Source of the DNA: Bdellovibrionota bacterium
Lineage (GTDB): Bacteria > Bdellovibrionota_C > UBA2361 > JBGSMV01
Assembly (NCBI GenBank): GCA_044356455.1
Contig: JBIKWF010000087.1
Span: forward strand, 1 to 19,147
Direction: 5' to 3'
Length of the DNA stretch: 19,147 bases
Positions 7,626 through 16,999 of this stretch are shown one piece after another. The notes beneath the pieces are model-generated. The model worked only from the letters and a program-made list of their open reading frames with translations, did no database searches and was not told where the DNA came from. Within the stretch, counting starts at the first letter, position 1, and each line of letters starts with the position of its first letter. A program made the translations under genes and the position numbers.

Positions 7626-10600
7626 CTACTCTTTGCGCCCAATGAGGGCTCGAGTGACAGCCTGAATATCAATCTTGCCGCTGCCTAGTAGTGGGAGTGA
7701 AGCCTGCAGCGATATCTCGCGCGGGATAGCGAGCTCTGGTAAGCCGCGTTCTCTAAGAGCAGCCATTACCGTTTCACGAGTTGCCAATTTCGAATTTGTT
7801 ACAAGGACGAGACGCTCTCCTTTTCTTTCATCAGGTACGCTTACCACGGCATTGAGTGACCCGGGCCAGGCGCTTTCGAGAGCCTGCTCTACCGCAGTCA
7901 AAGAGACCATCTCTCCTCCTATCTTGGCGAAGCGCTTCGCACGGCCCTTGATTGCCACGAAACCTTGCTCATCAATCGAAACGATATCGCCCGTGTCGTA
8001 CCATTGGTCCTTCAAAGGTTGGAGCACGCCGGGGTTCTCAATCTTTAAGTAGCCCTTCATGACATTCGGGCCCTTAACCCATAGCCGGCCACCTTCGGGG
8101 ATGCCAGGTATAGGCTCGAGCTTACTCTCGATGCCTGGCAGAAGTCTGCCCACCGTCCCGCGCTTATGGTGAAAGGGACTATTTACAGCAAGCGCAGGGG
8201 CCGTCTCCGTTGCTCCATACCCTTCAAAAATTCTGATACCAAAACGCTCTTGATAGACCTGACGAATTGCATCGGAAAGTCTCTCGGCACCGGAGAACAC
8301 GTAGCGCACGGAGAAAAAATCGTAAGGATGGGCCTTCTTGGCATATCCCGAGAGAAAGGTGGGAGTTCCAAAGAGAATAGTAGCTGCCTCGTCATACACC
8401 AACTCTGGAATTGCTCGGTAGTGAAGAGGGGAGGGATAGAGGAACACAGGAGTTCCTTTCAGGATTGGCATTAAGGTTGCTCCCGTAAGGCCAAAGGAAT
8501 GAAACATAGGAAGTGCGTTGAAGACGCGGTCAGTTGGCAACAGGGGAATAGTTGAGGTTACCTGGTCGACGTTTGCTAAGAGATTTGCATGACTTAAGAC
8601 CACGCCTTTGGGGGTCCCCTCCGAGCCTGAGGTAAAAAGAATAACTGCGGAGTCTTGCTCAGTGCCTGGGATAAAGTCGTCGCCTAGTATCCACGCGCGC
8701 AGGAATCTCGCGTAAAATGCACAAACTCCAGTCACTTTAGTGAACCACGAGATGCTCTTCCCAAGATCTTCAAGGTAAACGGGACTTACCCCGATACTCG
8801 AGAGCTGAGCTATCCGCTCTTCAAGTTTGGCCATAGCAACGAATCGTCTCGAAGTGACGACGCAGGTCAGTTTGGATAATTTGCAGGTCGCTTCAAGCTG
8901 CTCAGCCGTGTGAGAAAAATTAAGCATGGCGGGAACTCGGCCTGCCCAATGTGCGGCGAAGAAGAGGGTAAGAGCCGGAACTCCGCTGGGGAGCAAAACA
9001 CCGAGCGCAGTCTCGTCTGACTTTGGCTCAGGCAGAGCCCGAGACAGAATAAAGCTTTTCAGGAGGAGGCTACGAATCGAGACAGACCCACCGAGTGGAT
9101 CTTTCGCAATAATTGTGGAGTCCCCAACCGCAACTCCCGCGCGTCTCAAAGCGTGCAAGAGGGTTGGTCCTCTTTGGTTTGTCTCAAAAATCAGATTGGT
9201 CATTACGTCATGAAGAGCAGCGCCTAACTTCTCACGTCGCACTTTGCCGCGCGCTGCGTCTGGAACGGCGAGCTGCGTGGGCGGACATACCGTCATTGAA
9301 AGTTTTGGAAATAGCTGAGCTCTGAAGAGCCCAGTTACCTTTGAGAAAATCGTGTACTGAAAACCTTCAAGACGAATCGGAACGAGCGGAGCCTTTGCTT
9401 TATCGGCAATAAGAGCCGGCCCCTCGTACACCTTCATGAGAGATCCAGTGAGAGAGATGCGTCCTTCCGGGAAAATTACGACATGCGTATTTTGCTTGAG
9501 TCTATCAATCAAAATACGCACGGCCATAGGGTTAGCAGGGTCGATTGCGATAAGATCAAGGGTCAGCATGACAGGCCGCATCCACCACTTCTTTGAAATC
9601 GCGGTATTCACCGCGAAAGTGGCGCGACCGGGGAGGTAAGCCGCAAGCATGACCGCGTCGAGAAATGAGAGATGGTTTGCAACTATCAAAGCGCGAGGAC
9701 CAACCGAGGAGAAATGCTCAAGTCCCCTTACCTGAGCTCGAAAGGCAGTTTTAAATAGTAGTCGCAGAACACCCTTAAGAAGAGCCGCTGGCAAAAGCAG
9801 AATCGTATAGGCCGCGACTAGAATATTAAGAGCTGCAAGGGCAAGCAGGATGCCACCTATTGAGACCCCCGCACTTGAAGCTGCAGCGAGAGCGAGACTT
9901 CCCACCACCATCAGGAAGGCATTTAAGACGTTATTTGCTGCAATGATGCGGGATCTTTCCGTGTCAGAAGTGAGATGCTGAAGGAGCCCATAGAGGGGGA
10001 CAATGAAGATACCTGCAGACATCGAGAGAGTAAAAAGCGAAAGCCCGATGCCCAATCCCCGCGCTGAGAAAAAGAAACTGAGACTTGTGCCGACTCCTTC
10101 TAGGGGAGTTTGCAAGAGCCAGTAAAAAGCAAACATGGAGGCCGCCATTACGAGAGACGCAAGAGGAACCCAGGTTGCTTCAATTTTTCCTTTAAGCAGG
10201 CGATTGCAGAGAACCGAGCCGAGACCAACTCCGACCGAAAAAATCCCAAAAAAGATACTTACGAAATACTCAGGCGCGAGAAGGAGATCCTTTACTACGA
10301 GAGAGAAGAGCGAGATGAGAAGAGCCCCCAAAGTCCAGAACCAAGAGATTCCAAGGGCGACCCTCCAGAGCGTTTGGTCTTTATAAAGTCGTGCAAGCAG
10401 TCCCCACGTGCTGTCCCTCTTAATGTCTTTTGCTGAGGCTGCAGGAGGAGCAGAAGGGATAGCGCAGCTTGCTCCCAAACCAATCGCAGCAACAGTAAGT
10501 CCAAAGAGAGAAACGTAGAGTTCCCCTCCAGGAAGCATTATCAAGAGACTACCCAAAATCGTTCCAAAAAGGATTGCGATATTAGTACCCGCTTCAATGA

Positions 10601-11036
10601 GCCCGTTTGCGGCAATCAGCTCTTCGGTTTTTAAATGTTGGGGAGGAAGAGAGAACTTAACGGGTCCAAAGAATGAGGAGTGAACTCCTAAAGAAAATAC
10701 GGCAAGGGCAGCAAGCAGGAGGTGATGGCTAAGGAGTCCTACCGCAGCGACAAGTACAATCAGTACCTCAGCGACTTTTATGAGCTTGACCAGTTTATCC
10801 TTGTGAGTGGTGTCAGCAAGAAATCCTCCCCAGGCAGAGAAGGTAAAAAAGGGCAGCATAAAAAGAGCGAGCAGCAGGAAAATTGCAGTTTCAGGTGGGA
10901 TGTCGCCGCTAAGCCCCTTGAAGGCGATGAGCATCTCAACGCCCCTCCGAATCAGGCTATCGTTGAATGCCCCGGTAAATTGAGTAACGAAATAGGGAAG
11001 AAAGCGGCGCGATGTAAGAAGTGAGGCAGAGTTCAT
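7626..11036 (-). CDS. aas: Fused MFS lysophospholipid transporter (LplT-like) / 2-acyl-GPE acyltransferase / acyl-ACP synthetase
   Basis: N-terminal MFS (RRFLPYFVTQFTGAFND, FFGPVKFSLPPQHL), PlsC motifs NHLSFLD and FPEGRIS, and AMP-binding motifs FTSGSEGTPKG, EGYGATE, WYDTGD, GRAKRFAKIGGE. ATG 11036 has an AAGGA RBS (alternative start 11069). Confidence 0.95.
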   Translation of the reverse strand: MNSASLLTSRRFLPYFVTQFTGAFNDSLIRRGVEMLIAFKGLSGDIPPETAIFLLLALFMLPFFTFSAWGGFLADTTHKDKLVKLIKVAEVLIVLVAAVGLLSHHLLLAALAVFSLGVHSSFFGPVKFSLPPQHLKTEELIAANGLIEAGTNIAILFGTILGSLLIMLPGGELYVSLFGLTVAAIGLGASCAIPSAPPAASAKDIKRDSTWGLLARLYKDQTLWRVALGISWFWTLGALLISLFSLVVKDLLLAPEYFVSIFFGIFSVGVGLGSVLCNRLLKGKIEATWVPLASLVMAASMFAFYWLLQTPLEGVGTSLSFFFSARGLGIGLSLFTLSMSAGIFIVPLYGLLQHLTSDTERSRIIAANNVLNAFLMVVGSLALAAASSAGVSIGGILLALAALNILVAAYTILLLPAALLKGVLRLLFKTAFRAQVRGLEHFSSVGPRALIVANHLSFLDAVMLAAYLPGRATFAVNTAISKKWWMRPVMLTLDLIAIDPANPMAVRILIDRLKQNTHVVIFPEGRISLTGSLMKVYEGPALIADKAKAPLVPIRLEGFQYTIFSKVTGLFRAQLFPKLSMTVCPPTQLAVPDAARGKVRREKLGAALHDVMTNLIFETNQRGPTLLHALRRAGVAVGDSTIIAKDPLGGSVSIRSLLLKSFILSRALPEPKSDETALGVLLPSGVPALTLFFAAHWAGRVPAMLNFSHTAEQLEATCKLSKLTCVVTSRRFVAMAKLEERIAQLSSIGVSPVYLEDLGKSISWFTKVTGVCAFYARFLRAWILGDDFIPGTEQDSAVILFTSGSEGTPKGVVLSHANLLANVDQVTSTIPLLPTDRVFNALPMFHSFGLTGATLMPILKGTPVFLYPSPLHYRAIPELVYDEAATILFGTPTFLSGYAKKAHPYDFFSVRYVFSGAERLSDAIRQVYQERFGIRIFEGYGATETAPALAVNSPFHHKRGTVGRLLPGIESKLEPIPGIPEGGRLWVKGPNVMKGYLKIENPGVLQPLKDQWYDTGDIVSIDEQGFVAIKGRAKRFAKIGGEMVSLTAVEQALESAWPGSLNAVVSVPDERKGERLVLVTNSKLATRETVMAALRERGLPELAIPREISLQASLPLLGSGKIDIQAVTRALIGRKE

Positions 11037-11096
11037 ACTTCCTTTCTGTTGGTCTAGGTGTTTCGACATTGGGTAACGGGGGTCGAGAGGTCTCGC

Positions 11097-11128
11097 CTGC
11101 AGTCCGCCCCTATATAGACGGACTGCAG
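11097..11128. other. Intergenic stem-loop between the membrane-protein gene and aas
   Basis: CTGCAGTCCG-N12-CGGACTGCAG, a perfect 10-bp stem with no U-tract on either strand. Confidence 0.5.
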
Positions 11129-11187
11129 AGTAACTATCTAAAGGACATTGTCATTTTTGGATAGCGCCCTGCTACCCTATCCATATG

Positions 11188-12468
11188 TTAGGGCTGAATT
11201 GGGGAAGCAACGGGGATATCCGAAGAGGTTTTAGGAGCCTCCAACTTCGACTTGAGCCCTTTTGTTGCTTTTTCAAGAAAGGGTGCGGCAAAAACCAGAG
11301 CAATTCCTGTAAGCATTAATGCTGACCAGCGGTAGTCGTAAACAACGTCCATAAGGGCCGATACGATCGTCCGAGATCCAATTCCGAAAGTAATCAATCC
11401 AATGGCAGCGAGGCCTATGCTTCTTGTCTGAAGCGCGAAATATATCGCGCATGCGGGTAGAAGTAATGCCAATGAGCCAGCCACTGCAGAGGGAGCGTTC
11501 ATATATAACACGCTCCCAATTGCCATCGTAGCAAAAGCAATCTTGGCCTGAGTGGAATGCAGCGTTTTCCCTGAGGCAAACAAGTATGCTGAAGGAATCA
11601 AATATGAAAGTGCCTGTGCGCCCCAGGCCCCCATCACGCGATTGAGGCCGCTCACTAACACAGCGATGCCAAAACCAAAGAGGAGGTCCGTAGCGATTCG
11701 AACACTGCTGCGCTCTTTCTCGCCGATGGGGGAAACGAATAAATACAACATCGAACTGAAAAGCCCCATAATCGCAAAGAAAAGCGGCTCCGAGAATCCG
11801 TAAAACGCGCCACGTCCAACCATGATAGCGAGAAGGGAAAGTAACACCCCCCTGGCCCACTTGGCTTCAAGGGTTGAGTAATGACTGTTCCTTGTAAAGA
11901 GCGCACGCTCACAGAAGAAAGCGAGGACTGCGGAGACGACTAATATGGTTCCTGCAAGCAAGCCGCTTCTTTCTGGGAAACATAGGAGCGCACCAAGTGA
12001 CAAAAGCAGCGCGGTGTATCCCAGTGGGTTTTTAGGGACGAACACTTTCGCAACAAGTGCCGAGAAGGGCGCGATTACTAGGGTCGCGATAACCCCACCT
12101 GCGAGCGCGGTCATCAGTCCGACGTTCTCGATGCGAAGTGCGGAAGGAACCAAGGCGCTATTGCCACCAAATGCGTTGCAAATGACAGCGCCGAGCTGGC
12201 TCCAGAACACGGGGACCAATCCTAAATACATCATTAAAAGAATTCGCGCGCTGCGCTGATCGCCCTTTCGATAGGAGATCATAAGGCCAAGTGCGGCACA
12301 AAGCGCCAGTATCCCTGAGAATGAGAAAAACCGCTCGACGGCGTCGACTTTTCCAAGCCCCTCGACCATGAGTACGATTGCTCCTATTCCAGTGGATAGT
12401 GCTCCTATTGCTTGGAGCACTTTGACGGTTCCTTCTGGCTTCGTTTTGTTTGCTAGGGTCTTTTCCAT
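11188..12468 (-). CDS. Polytopic integral membrane protein, PspA-associated
   Basis: 426 aa made almost entirely of hydrophobic helices (more than 10 apparent TM segments). AAGGAGG RBS. Starts 29 bp after the pspA-like stop. Confidence 0.85.
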   Translation of the reverse strand: MEKTLANKTKPEGTVKVLQAIGALSTGIGAIVLMVEGLGKVDAVERFFSFSGILALCAALGLMISYRKGDQRSARILLMMYLGLVPVFWSQLGAVICNAFGGNSALVPSALRIENVGLMTALAGGVIATLVIAPFSALVAKVFVPKNPLGYTALLLSLGALLCFPERSGLLAGTILVVSAVLAFFCERALFTRNSHYSTLEAKWARGVLLSLLAIMVGRGAFYGFSEPLFFAIMGLFSSMLYLFVSPIGEKERSSVRIATDLLFGFGIAVLVSGLNRVMGAWGAQALSYLIPSAYLFASGKTLHSTQAKIAFATMAIGSVLYMNAPSAVAGSLALLLPACAIYFALQTRSIGLAAIGLITFGIGSRTIVSALMDVVYDYRWSALMLTGIALVFAAPFLEKATKGLKSKLEAPKTSSDIPVASPIQP

Positions 12469-12497
12469 ATGGCCTCCTTTCGATTTAGGGCAGATGA

Positions 12498-13118
12498 TTA
12501 TTTAAGAAGTTCTTGCAGCTCAGCCTCTAGGGAGGCGCGCTGTTCTGAATCGCTATAGTGAGCTTCGAAGGTGTCGATCGTCGGTTCTGAGGGAGGAGAG
12601 ATGCCCAGTGAGTCCTCCCAGCGACTCAGCATCTCTGAAACGTCAAGCCCCGAAACTTCAGCGGTAGAGGTATGGGCGTCTTGAATCTCGGTGCGTGCTT
12701 TGAGTTCGCGGTGCTTTAGCGTCAGGCTCTTCTGTAGGTTTTGTAGTTCAGTGATGCTGGCGTGAAGTTTTCGGTGAGATGCCTCGGAGATTTCACGTTG
12801 TTTGCCGAGGGCTTCTCGCGTCGCCTTTGCCGCATGGGCTCTCCGCAAACATTCCATCGCAGCATCTTTCTTGCCCTCTGAGCCCTCCTTCTTGGCCCGT
12901 GCAATCCAGGCGCGCTCCTCGGAATCCGCCTTAGCGATATCCTCCTCCGTCTTTTGGAGTGAGCGAGTGAGTGAGCCAAAGGCGATTTGTGCCTGGCGAA
13001 CTTTCTGGTCGAGGTCCTGAAGCGATACCGCGACGAGCGAATCATGATTCTGAAGTTTGGTGACTACCGCGTCTATGGAGCTGTAGGCCGTGACATAAAG
13101 TTTTCTAAATAAGCGCAT
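12498..13118 (-). CDS. pspA: PspA/IM30 family protein
   Basis: 206-aa all-helical coiled coil. Amphipathic N-terminus MRLFRKL..., motif WIARAKKEGSEGKKDAAMECLRR, and C-terminal LEAELQELLK typical of PspA/Vipp1. CAGGAGG RBS. Confidence 0.85.
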   Translation of the reverse strand: MRLFRKLYVTAYSSIDAVVTKLQNHDSLVAVSLQDLDQKVRQAQIAFGSLTRSLQKTEEDIAKADSEERAWIARAKKEGSEGKKDAAMECLRRAHAAKATREALGKQREISEASHRKLHASITELQNLQKSLTLKHRELKARTEIQDAHTSTAEVSGLDVSEMLSRWEDSLGISPPSEPTIDTFEAHYSDSEQRASLEAELQELLK

Positions 13119-13275
13119 AATTCCTCCTGGAAACGAATGACGTTATAGAAGGAGTATGGACAAAAAAGCGTGGCGCGTAGACTCTTAAGTCGTAACGCTG
13201 TAACAGCTTGCAATATGGCACGAGTATTTGCCCGTATTTACAAGGCTTAGGTGCACTTACACTAAGAGCTAATGC

Positions 13276-13292
13276 GTGTTACAATGTAACAC
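13276..13292. promoter_or_regulatory. 17-bp palindromic operator overlapping extended -10-like boxes
   Basis: GTGTTACA-A-TGTAACAC directly abuts the ATG at 13293. Contains TGtTACAAT (+) and TGtTACATT (-). Confidence 0.65.
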
Positions 13293-14069
13293 ATGCAGAC
13301 CTTTCCTCTCTATTTGCCACTCGGGTGCCTGGCGGCTCACACGCAAGCGGGCGTGGGAGGATTTAGACAACGCGAAGTGAAGTTCTTCTCCGAGCTTTTT
13401 TCGAACTGGGTCAACCTTGGTGGCGTGGGAGCGATGCACTCTTTGCACAACACGCAGGTCGCTCGCTATTTGACTGGGTTGGTGGAGGATGCTCAGGCGA
13501 AACCACTTGGCAGATCTCATCCTCCCCATTACCGACTGACGAGGTTGGGAATGTTTTCTCTCCTCTCTCAAGTTACCCTCTGCTCCTACTTGTCGGCACC
13601 GAAGGATTGTCTCCTCGTGTGGTATTTTCTTCGCAGCTACGCAGCGCAGCTCAGACGCATTATCCGCGGTGCTGGCAGCGAATTTTCGCGCGCTCATGCC
13701 CTTGAGCTGGAGCAGCTCTTGGATGTGAAACTCTTTCTTACTCGGCAGCTGCAGTTTGTTGAGCAGGAAATAATTCGATTAACTGAACGCATCGACACAA
13801 CGCATGCCATGCAGCGTGACTTTGCACGATTGCGAATCGAGGGCAGGTCTGCTGCGGAGTGTATTGCGCATGTTGCCAAGTTTTATCCCTATGAGCTTAA
13901 CGCCCAGCGATCCTTTGATGAGCTGCTCTTGACCATTCCGCCCGAGGTAATGGAATGGGAACTAACCGAGGGGGCAAGTATTAAAGCTGAGATGGTCTTT
14001 AGGCCGATTCTTGAGGAATTACGGCGGTTCAATGATCATTTGCGAAGCCTTAAGGGAGAGCCAGTTTAG
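13293..14069 (+). CDS. Hypothetical protein, putative winged-helix transcriptional regulator with coiled-coil C-terminus
   Basis: 258 aa, divergent from the pspA-like gene. LHNTQVARYLTGLVE...HYRLTRLG resembles a wHTH recognition helix plus wing. Heptad-like segment LQFVEQEIIRLTERI. Confidence 0.7.
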   Translation: MQTFPLYLPLGCLAAHTQAGVGGFRQREVKFFSELFSNWVNLGGVGAMHSLHNTQVARYLTGLVEDAQAKPLGRSHPPHYRLTRLGMFSLLSQVTLCSYLSAPKDCLLVWYFLRSYAAQLRRIIRGAGSEFSRAHALELEQLLDVKLFLTRQLQFVEQEIIRLTERIDTTHAMQRDFARLRIEGRSAAECIAHVAKFYPYELNAQRSFDELLLTIPPEVMEWELTEGASIKAEMVFRPILEELRRFNDHLRSLKGEPV

Positions 14070-14180
14070 GATCTGTCAGTAGAAAGTTCTCGCCACTACA
14101 TGTTGTACTGGCAACGGGACAGCCTACCCACGCATTGTGTCCAAATTTAAGATTTATGTTTCTAAAGGACACACTCCTAG

Positions 14181-14309
14181 GGAGCCTGTGAAAAACTTCG
14201 ATACTTTATTATTTCTCTCTGTGATCTCTGTGTCCTCTGTGGTTTTTCAACAATTCAAACTAACCACAGAGGGCACAGAGTTCACAGAGTGGAATTTTGC
14301 AGAGGTTCC
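14181..14309. mobile_element. IS5-like MITE, copy 1, carrying a 9-mer-periodic hairpin
   Basis: Ends GGAGCCTGTGAAAA / TTTTGCAGAGGTTCC flanked by CTAG / TTAG. Internal 28-bp stem (14217-14244 with 14262-14289). Homologous to 18864-18983. Confidence 0.78.
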
Positions 14310-15101
14310 TTAGCTCGAGGCTGATTCATACCGGCGAAGCCCTCGTCGCCAGAAGAAGGAAATGAGCGCGATTCCCACTGCGGTAAAGGCGAGGAGGAGG
14401 AGTACTCCGGGCCACTCTGATTGATTAAACAAGAACCGCACGGGCATGGTACTTGCGAGTAGGACGGGAACCGCAAAAGTAAAAAAGCGCCTGAGGGTAG
14501 TCTGGTAAACGAAATCTGGCCAACGACTGATATCCTGGAGCTGCATCCGAAGAAAGTTAACTCCAGTGCTGTCGACAAGCCAAAAGGCGCTCATAAGAAG
14601 TGCAATCTCGATGGCAACCACTAATGCAAGACTGCAGAGCACCATGACAGGTAGCGCTCCCCAGGCTAAGGGTGTGAGTCCAAGCTGCATGCCGAAATAG
14701 ATGAGTAACCCAAGAGGGATGAAAAAGAGCATCAGGGAGCCGACCCGAATAAACCTAAAAAAGGTTATGAATATCGGATTTGCGGGTCTGAGCAGCGTAA
14801 AGTCAAGCGACCCTGTGCGAACGTCCACAGAAAATATCCAGAACGATTCGCTGAGAAAAGTCATATGCAACTGGTCGACCGCGAGCATAAAGCTTGCGAA
14901 GAAAAGGAAATGCTCCCGCGTCCAGCCATTCAGGGGGCCTACTTGAGAAAAGGTAAAGTCGATAGTCAGCAGGGTAACCGAGTAAAAGAAGACATCAAGC
15001 AAGATCAGAAGGAAAAAATGGACTCGAAAGGCCATCGCTCGTTCGATGTTGAGGGCCAGATACTGCCGGTAGATTCTGGCATAGTAGAGAATTCGATTCA
15101 T
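14310..15101 (-). CDS. ABC-2 family transporter permease
   Basis: Hydrophobic, with motifs VRTGSLDFTLLRPANP, ISRWPDFVY and FFTFAVPV. ATG 15101 overlaps the upstream stop (ATGA). Confidence 0.9.
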   Translation of the reverse strand: MNRILYYARIYRQYLALNIERAMAFRVHFFLLILLDVFFYSVTLLTIDFTFSQVGPLNGWTREHFLFFASFMLAVDQLHMTFLSESFWIFSVDVRTGSLDFTLLRPANPIFITFFRFIRVGSLMLFFIPLGLLIYFGMQLGLTPLAWGALPVMVLCSLALVVAIEIALLMSAFWLVDSTGVNFLRMQLQDISRWPDFVYQTTLRRFFTFAVPVLLASTMPVRFLFNQSEWPGVLLLLAFTAVGIALISFFWRRGLRRYESASS

Positions 15102-15898
15102 ATGCCAGCCGCCGAATAAAGCCTCACTCCTTTTCGCCATACTCCAAGCGCTAAGCACAGGGCTACCAGGGTCCACAGCAGCGTGATGGCACCTGCAAAG
15201 GGGAGAGATCCCTGATAAGTCCCTGCGAGCACTTGGACTGGGACATAGGTCAAATAGGGAAAGGGCGTGAACTCAAGCGCTCGCTGTAAGGGGACCGGGA
15301 AGAGGTCCAGCGGAATTACGGCCCCCGACAGAAAACGTGCAACGATAACAAAAATGACTCGCAGCACCCAGCTCTCCTCCAGCCAGAATGCAGAGGAAGA
15401 GAGTAAAAACCACACAAAGAACCAGAGAACGCTCACCAGGGCAGTAAGAGTGAATCCCGCAAGCATGGCCCCCGAGTGAGCGAGGGGGAAGATGCCCATG
15501 TATGCCATCAAACTTAGCAAGACGATGGTGGTCGCAATGTTTAAGATCTGAGCGGCGCCGAAAGAGCCTAGGTGATAACTAATAAAGCCGAAGGGGTAGA
15601 GCAAAAATGCGGAGATTCTGCCCAGTCGAATTTCGTCTGAAATGTTTCGATTCGCGTATGACTGCGCGAGGAGTGCTACCACAAGAACAAGGGATTGGTA
15701 GCGTAGCATTTCTTGGAAGGAATACCCGCCAACGGGAGCTCCAGAACGGGCAAAGAAAATTGCCCACCACACATTTATCTTTATGCCGAAAAACACCACG
15801 GCAGGCCCAATTACGAGCAATAGAAAATTGAGCTTGTAGGCAAGCTGCGAGGTAAGCTCAATCCGAACGGTATACAGCCACTTTTTAAGCCAGGCCAT
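15098..15898 (-). CDS. ABC-2 family transporter permease
   Basis: Motifs ISDEIRLGRISAFLLYP, FLSGAVIPLDLFP and FTPFPYLTYVP. ATG 15898 overlaps the end of the ATPase gene. Confidence 0.9.
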   Translation of the reverse strand: MAWLKKWLYTVRIELTSQLAYKLNFLLLVIGPAVVFFGIKINVWWAIFFARSGAPVGGYSFQEMLRYQSLVLVVALLAQSYANRNISDEIRLGRISAFLLYPFGFISYHLGSFGAAQILNIATTIVLLSLMAYMGIFPLAHSGAMLAGFTLTALVSVLWFFVWFLLSSSAFWLEESWVLRVIFVIVARFLSGAVIPLDLFPVPLQRALEFTPFPYLTYVPVQVLAGTYQGSLPFAGAITLLWTLVALCLALGVWRKGVRLYSAAGI

Positions 15899-16892
15899 GC
15901 GTTCCCTCGGCAAGCAGCTCAGGGTTCGACAGGATAGCGTGCATAACACGCTCGATGGGAAGCTTCTCGGTGCTAAAGTTGGTTACCGGAAGGCGCGCAA
16001 AAATATCAGAGGCGATGCTTGTTAACTCGCCTTCGGGAACCTGCAGCTCCACATGTTGCCGGTCTTCGCTCCACGAAGGTTTGTAGGACGCGAATTGGGA
16101 TTCACTTTCAGGAACTGGCCTTGAAAAGGAAATGCTCAGAAAGGTGTCGTGGCCCAGTGCAGTCTCGAAACTGCGTAGGCTACCGTCGAAGCGTTTAGAA
16201 CCGCCCATGATAAGAACTATTCTGTCGCAAAGGGCCTCAACGTCGGCCATGTAGTGCGAGGTCAGGAGGATAGTGGTTTTATAGGTGCGGTGATACTTTA
16301 GTATAAATTCGCGAATGGCCCGCTGAGCTACGACGTCAAGCCCGATCGTGGGTTCATCGAGGAAGAGCACTCTCGGTCCGTGGAGTAGGGCAGCCATGAG
16401 CTCTAGCTTCATTCGTTCGCCGAGGGAGAGCTTGCGCACGTGAGTTTTGAGGACTGCAGTGACGCCAAGAAGAGTTGCAAGCTCATCAAGGCGCGCCTTA
16501 AAAAGAGCAGAAGGAATCTCGTAATAGCTTTTCAGAAGTTCAAACGAGTCGAGGGCTGGGATATCCCACCAAAGCTGGGATTTTTGTCCCATCACGAGTG
16601 CAACTTGTTTTCGAAAATCAATAGCGCGAGCCGCAGGCTCAAATCCAAGGACGCGAATCGTCCCTGTACTGGGAACTATGAGTCCTGTGAGTAGCTTCAT
16701 GAGCGTGGTCTTTCCGGCTCCATTGGGGCCAAGCAGACCAACCAGTTCGCCAGGTTGCACTAAAAGTGAAAAGTCTTTGACTGCCGCGACGGTCGTCCAC
16801 TCTCGGTGAAAGAAGCTCTTCAGGGACCCGAGAATTCCTGGTTCCTTTTGGTAGAGACGAAAGTTTTTGGTGAGCAAGCTGCATTCAATCAT
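15885..16892 (-). CDS. ABC-2 type transporter ATP-binding protein
   Basis: Walker A GPNGAGKTT, Q-loop MGQKSQLWWD, signature LSLGERMK, Walker B LFLDEPTIGLD, H-loop LTSHYM. Confidence 0.95.
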   Translation of the reverse strand: MIECSLLTKNFRLYQKEPGILGSLKSFFHREWTTVAAVKDFSLLVQPGELVGLLGPNGAGKTTLMKLLTGLIVPSTGTIRVLGFEPAARAIDFRKQVALVMGQKSQLWWDIPALDSFELLKSYYEIPSALFKARLDELATLLGVTAVLKTHVRKLSLGERMKLELMAALLHGPRVLFLDEPTIGLDVVAQRAIREFILKYHRTYKTTILLTSHYMADVEALCDRIVLIMGGSKRFDGSLRSFETALGHDTFLSISFSRPVPESESQFASYKPSWSEDRQHVELQVPEGELTSIASDIFARLPVTNFSTEKLPIERVMHAILSNPELLAEGTHGLA

Positions 16893-16999
16893 AGTGAGGT
16901 ACCATGGAGCCTAGCAGAATTGAGGCGGGGCGGGGAGCAGCGGTTTCACCCTGCGCAGTCACTCGCTTTGGGAATAGAGAATAGGGTACAAGGAGTTCT

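Noticed and set aside
13216..13231. Sigma-54-like TGGCACGAGTATTTGC near pspA
   Set aside because: GG-to-GC spacing is 11 nt rather than the strict 10, and it points away from pspA.
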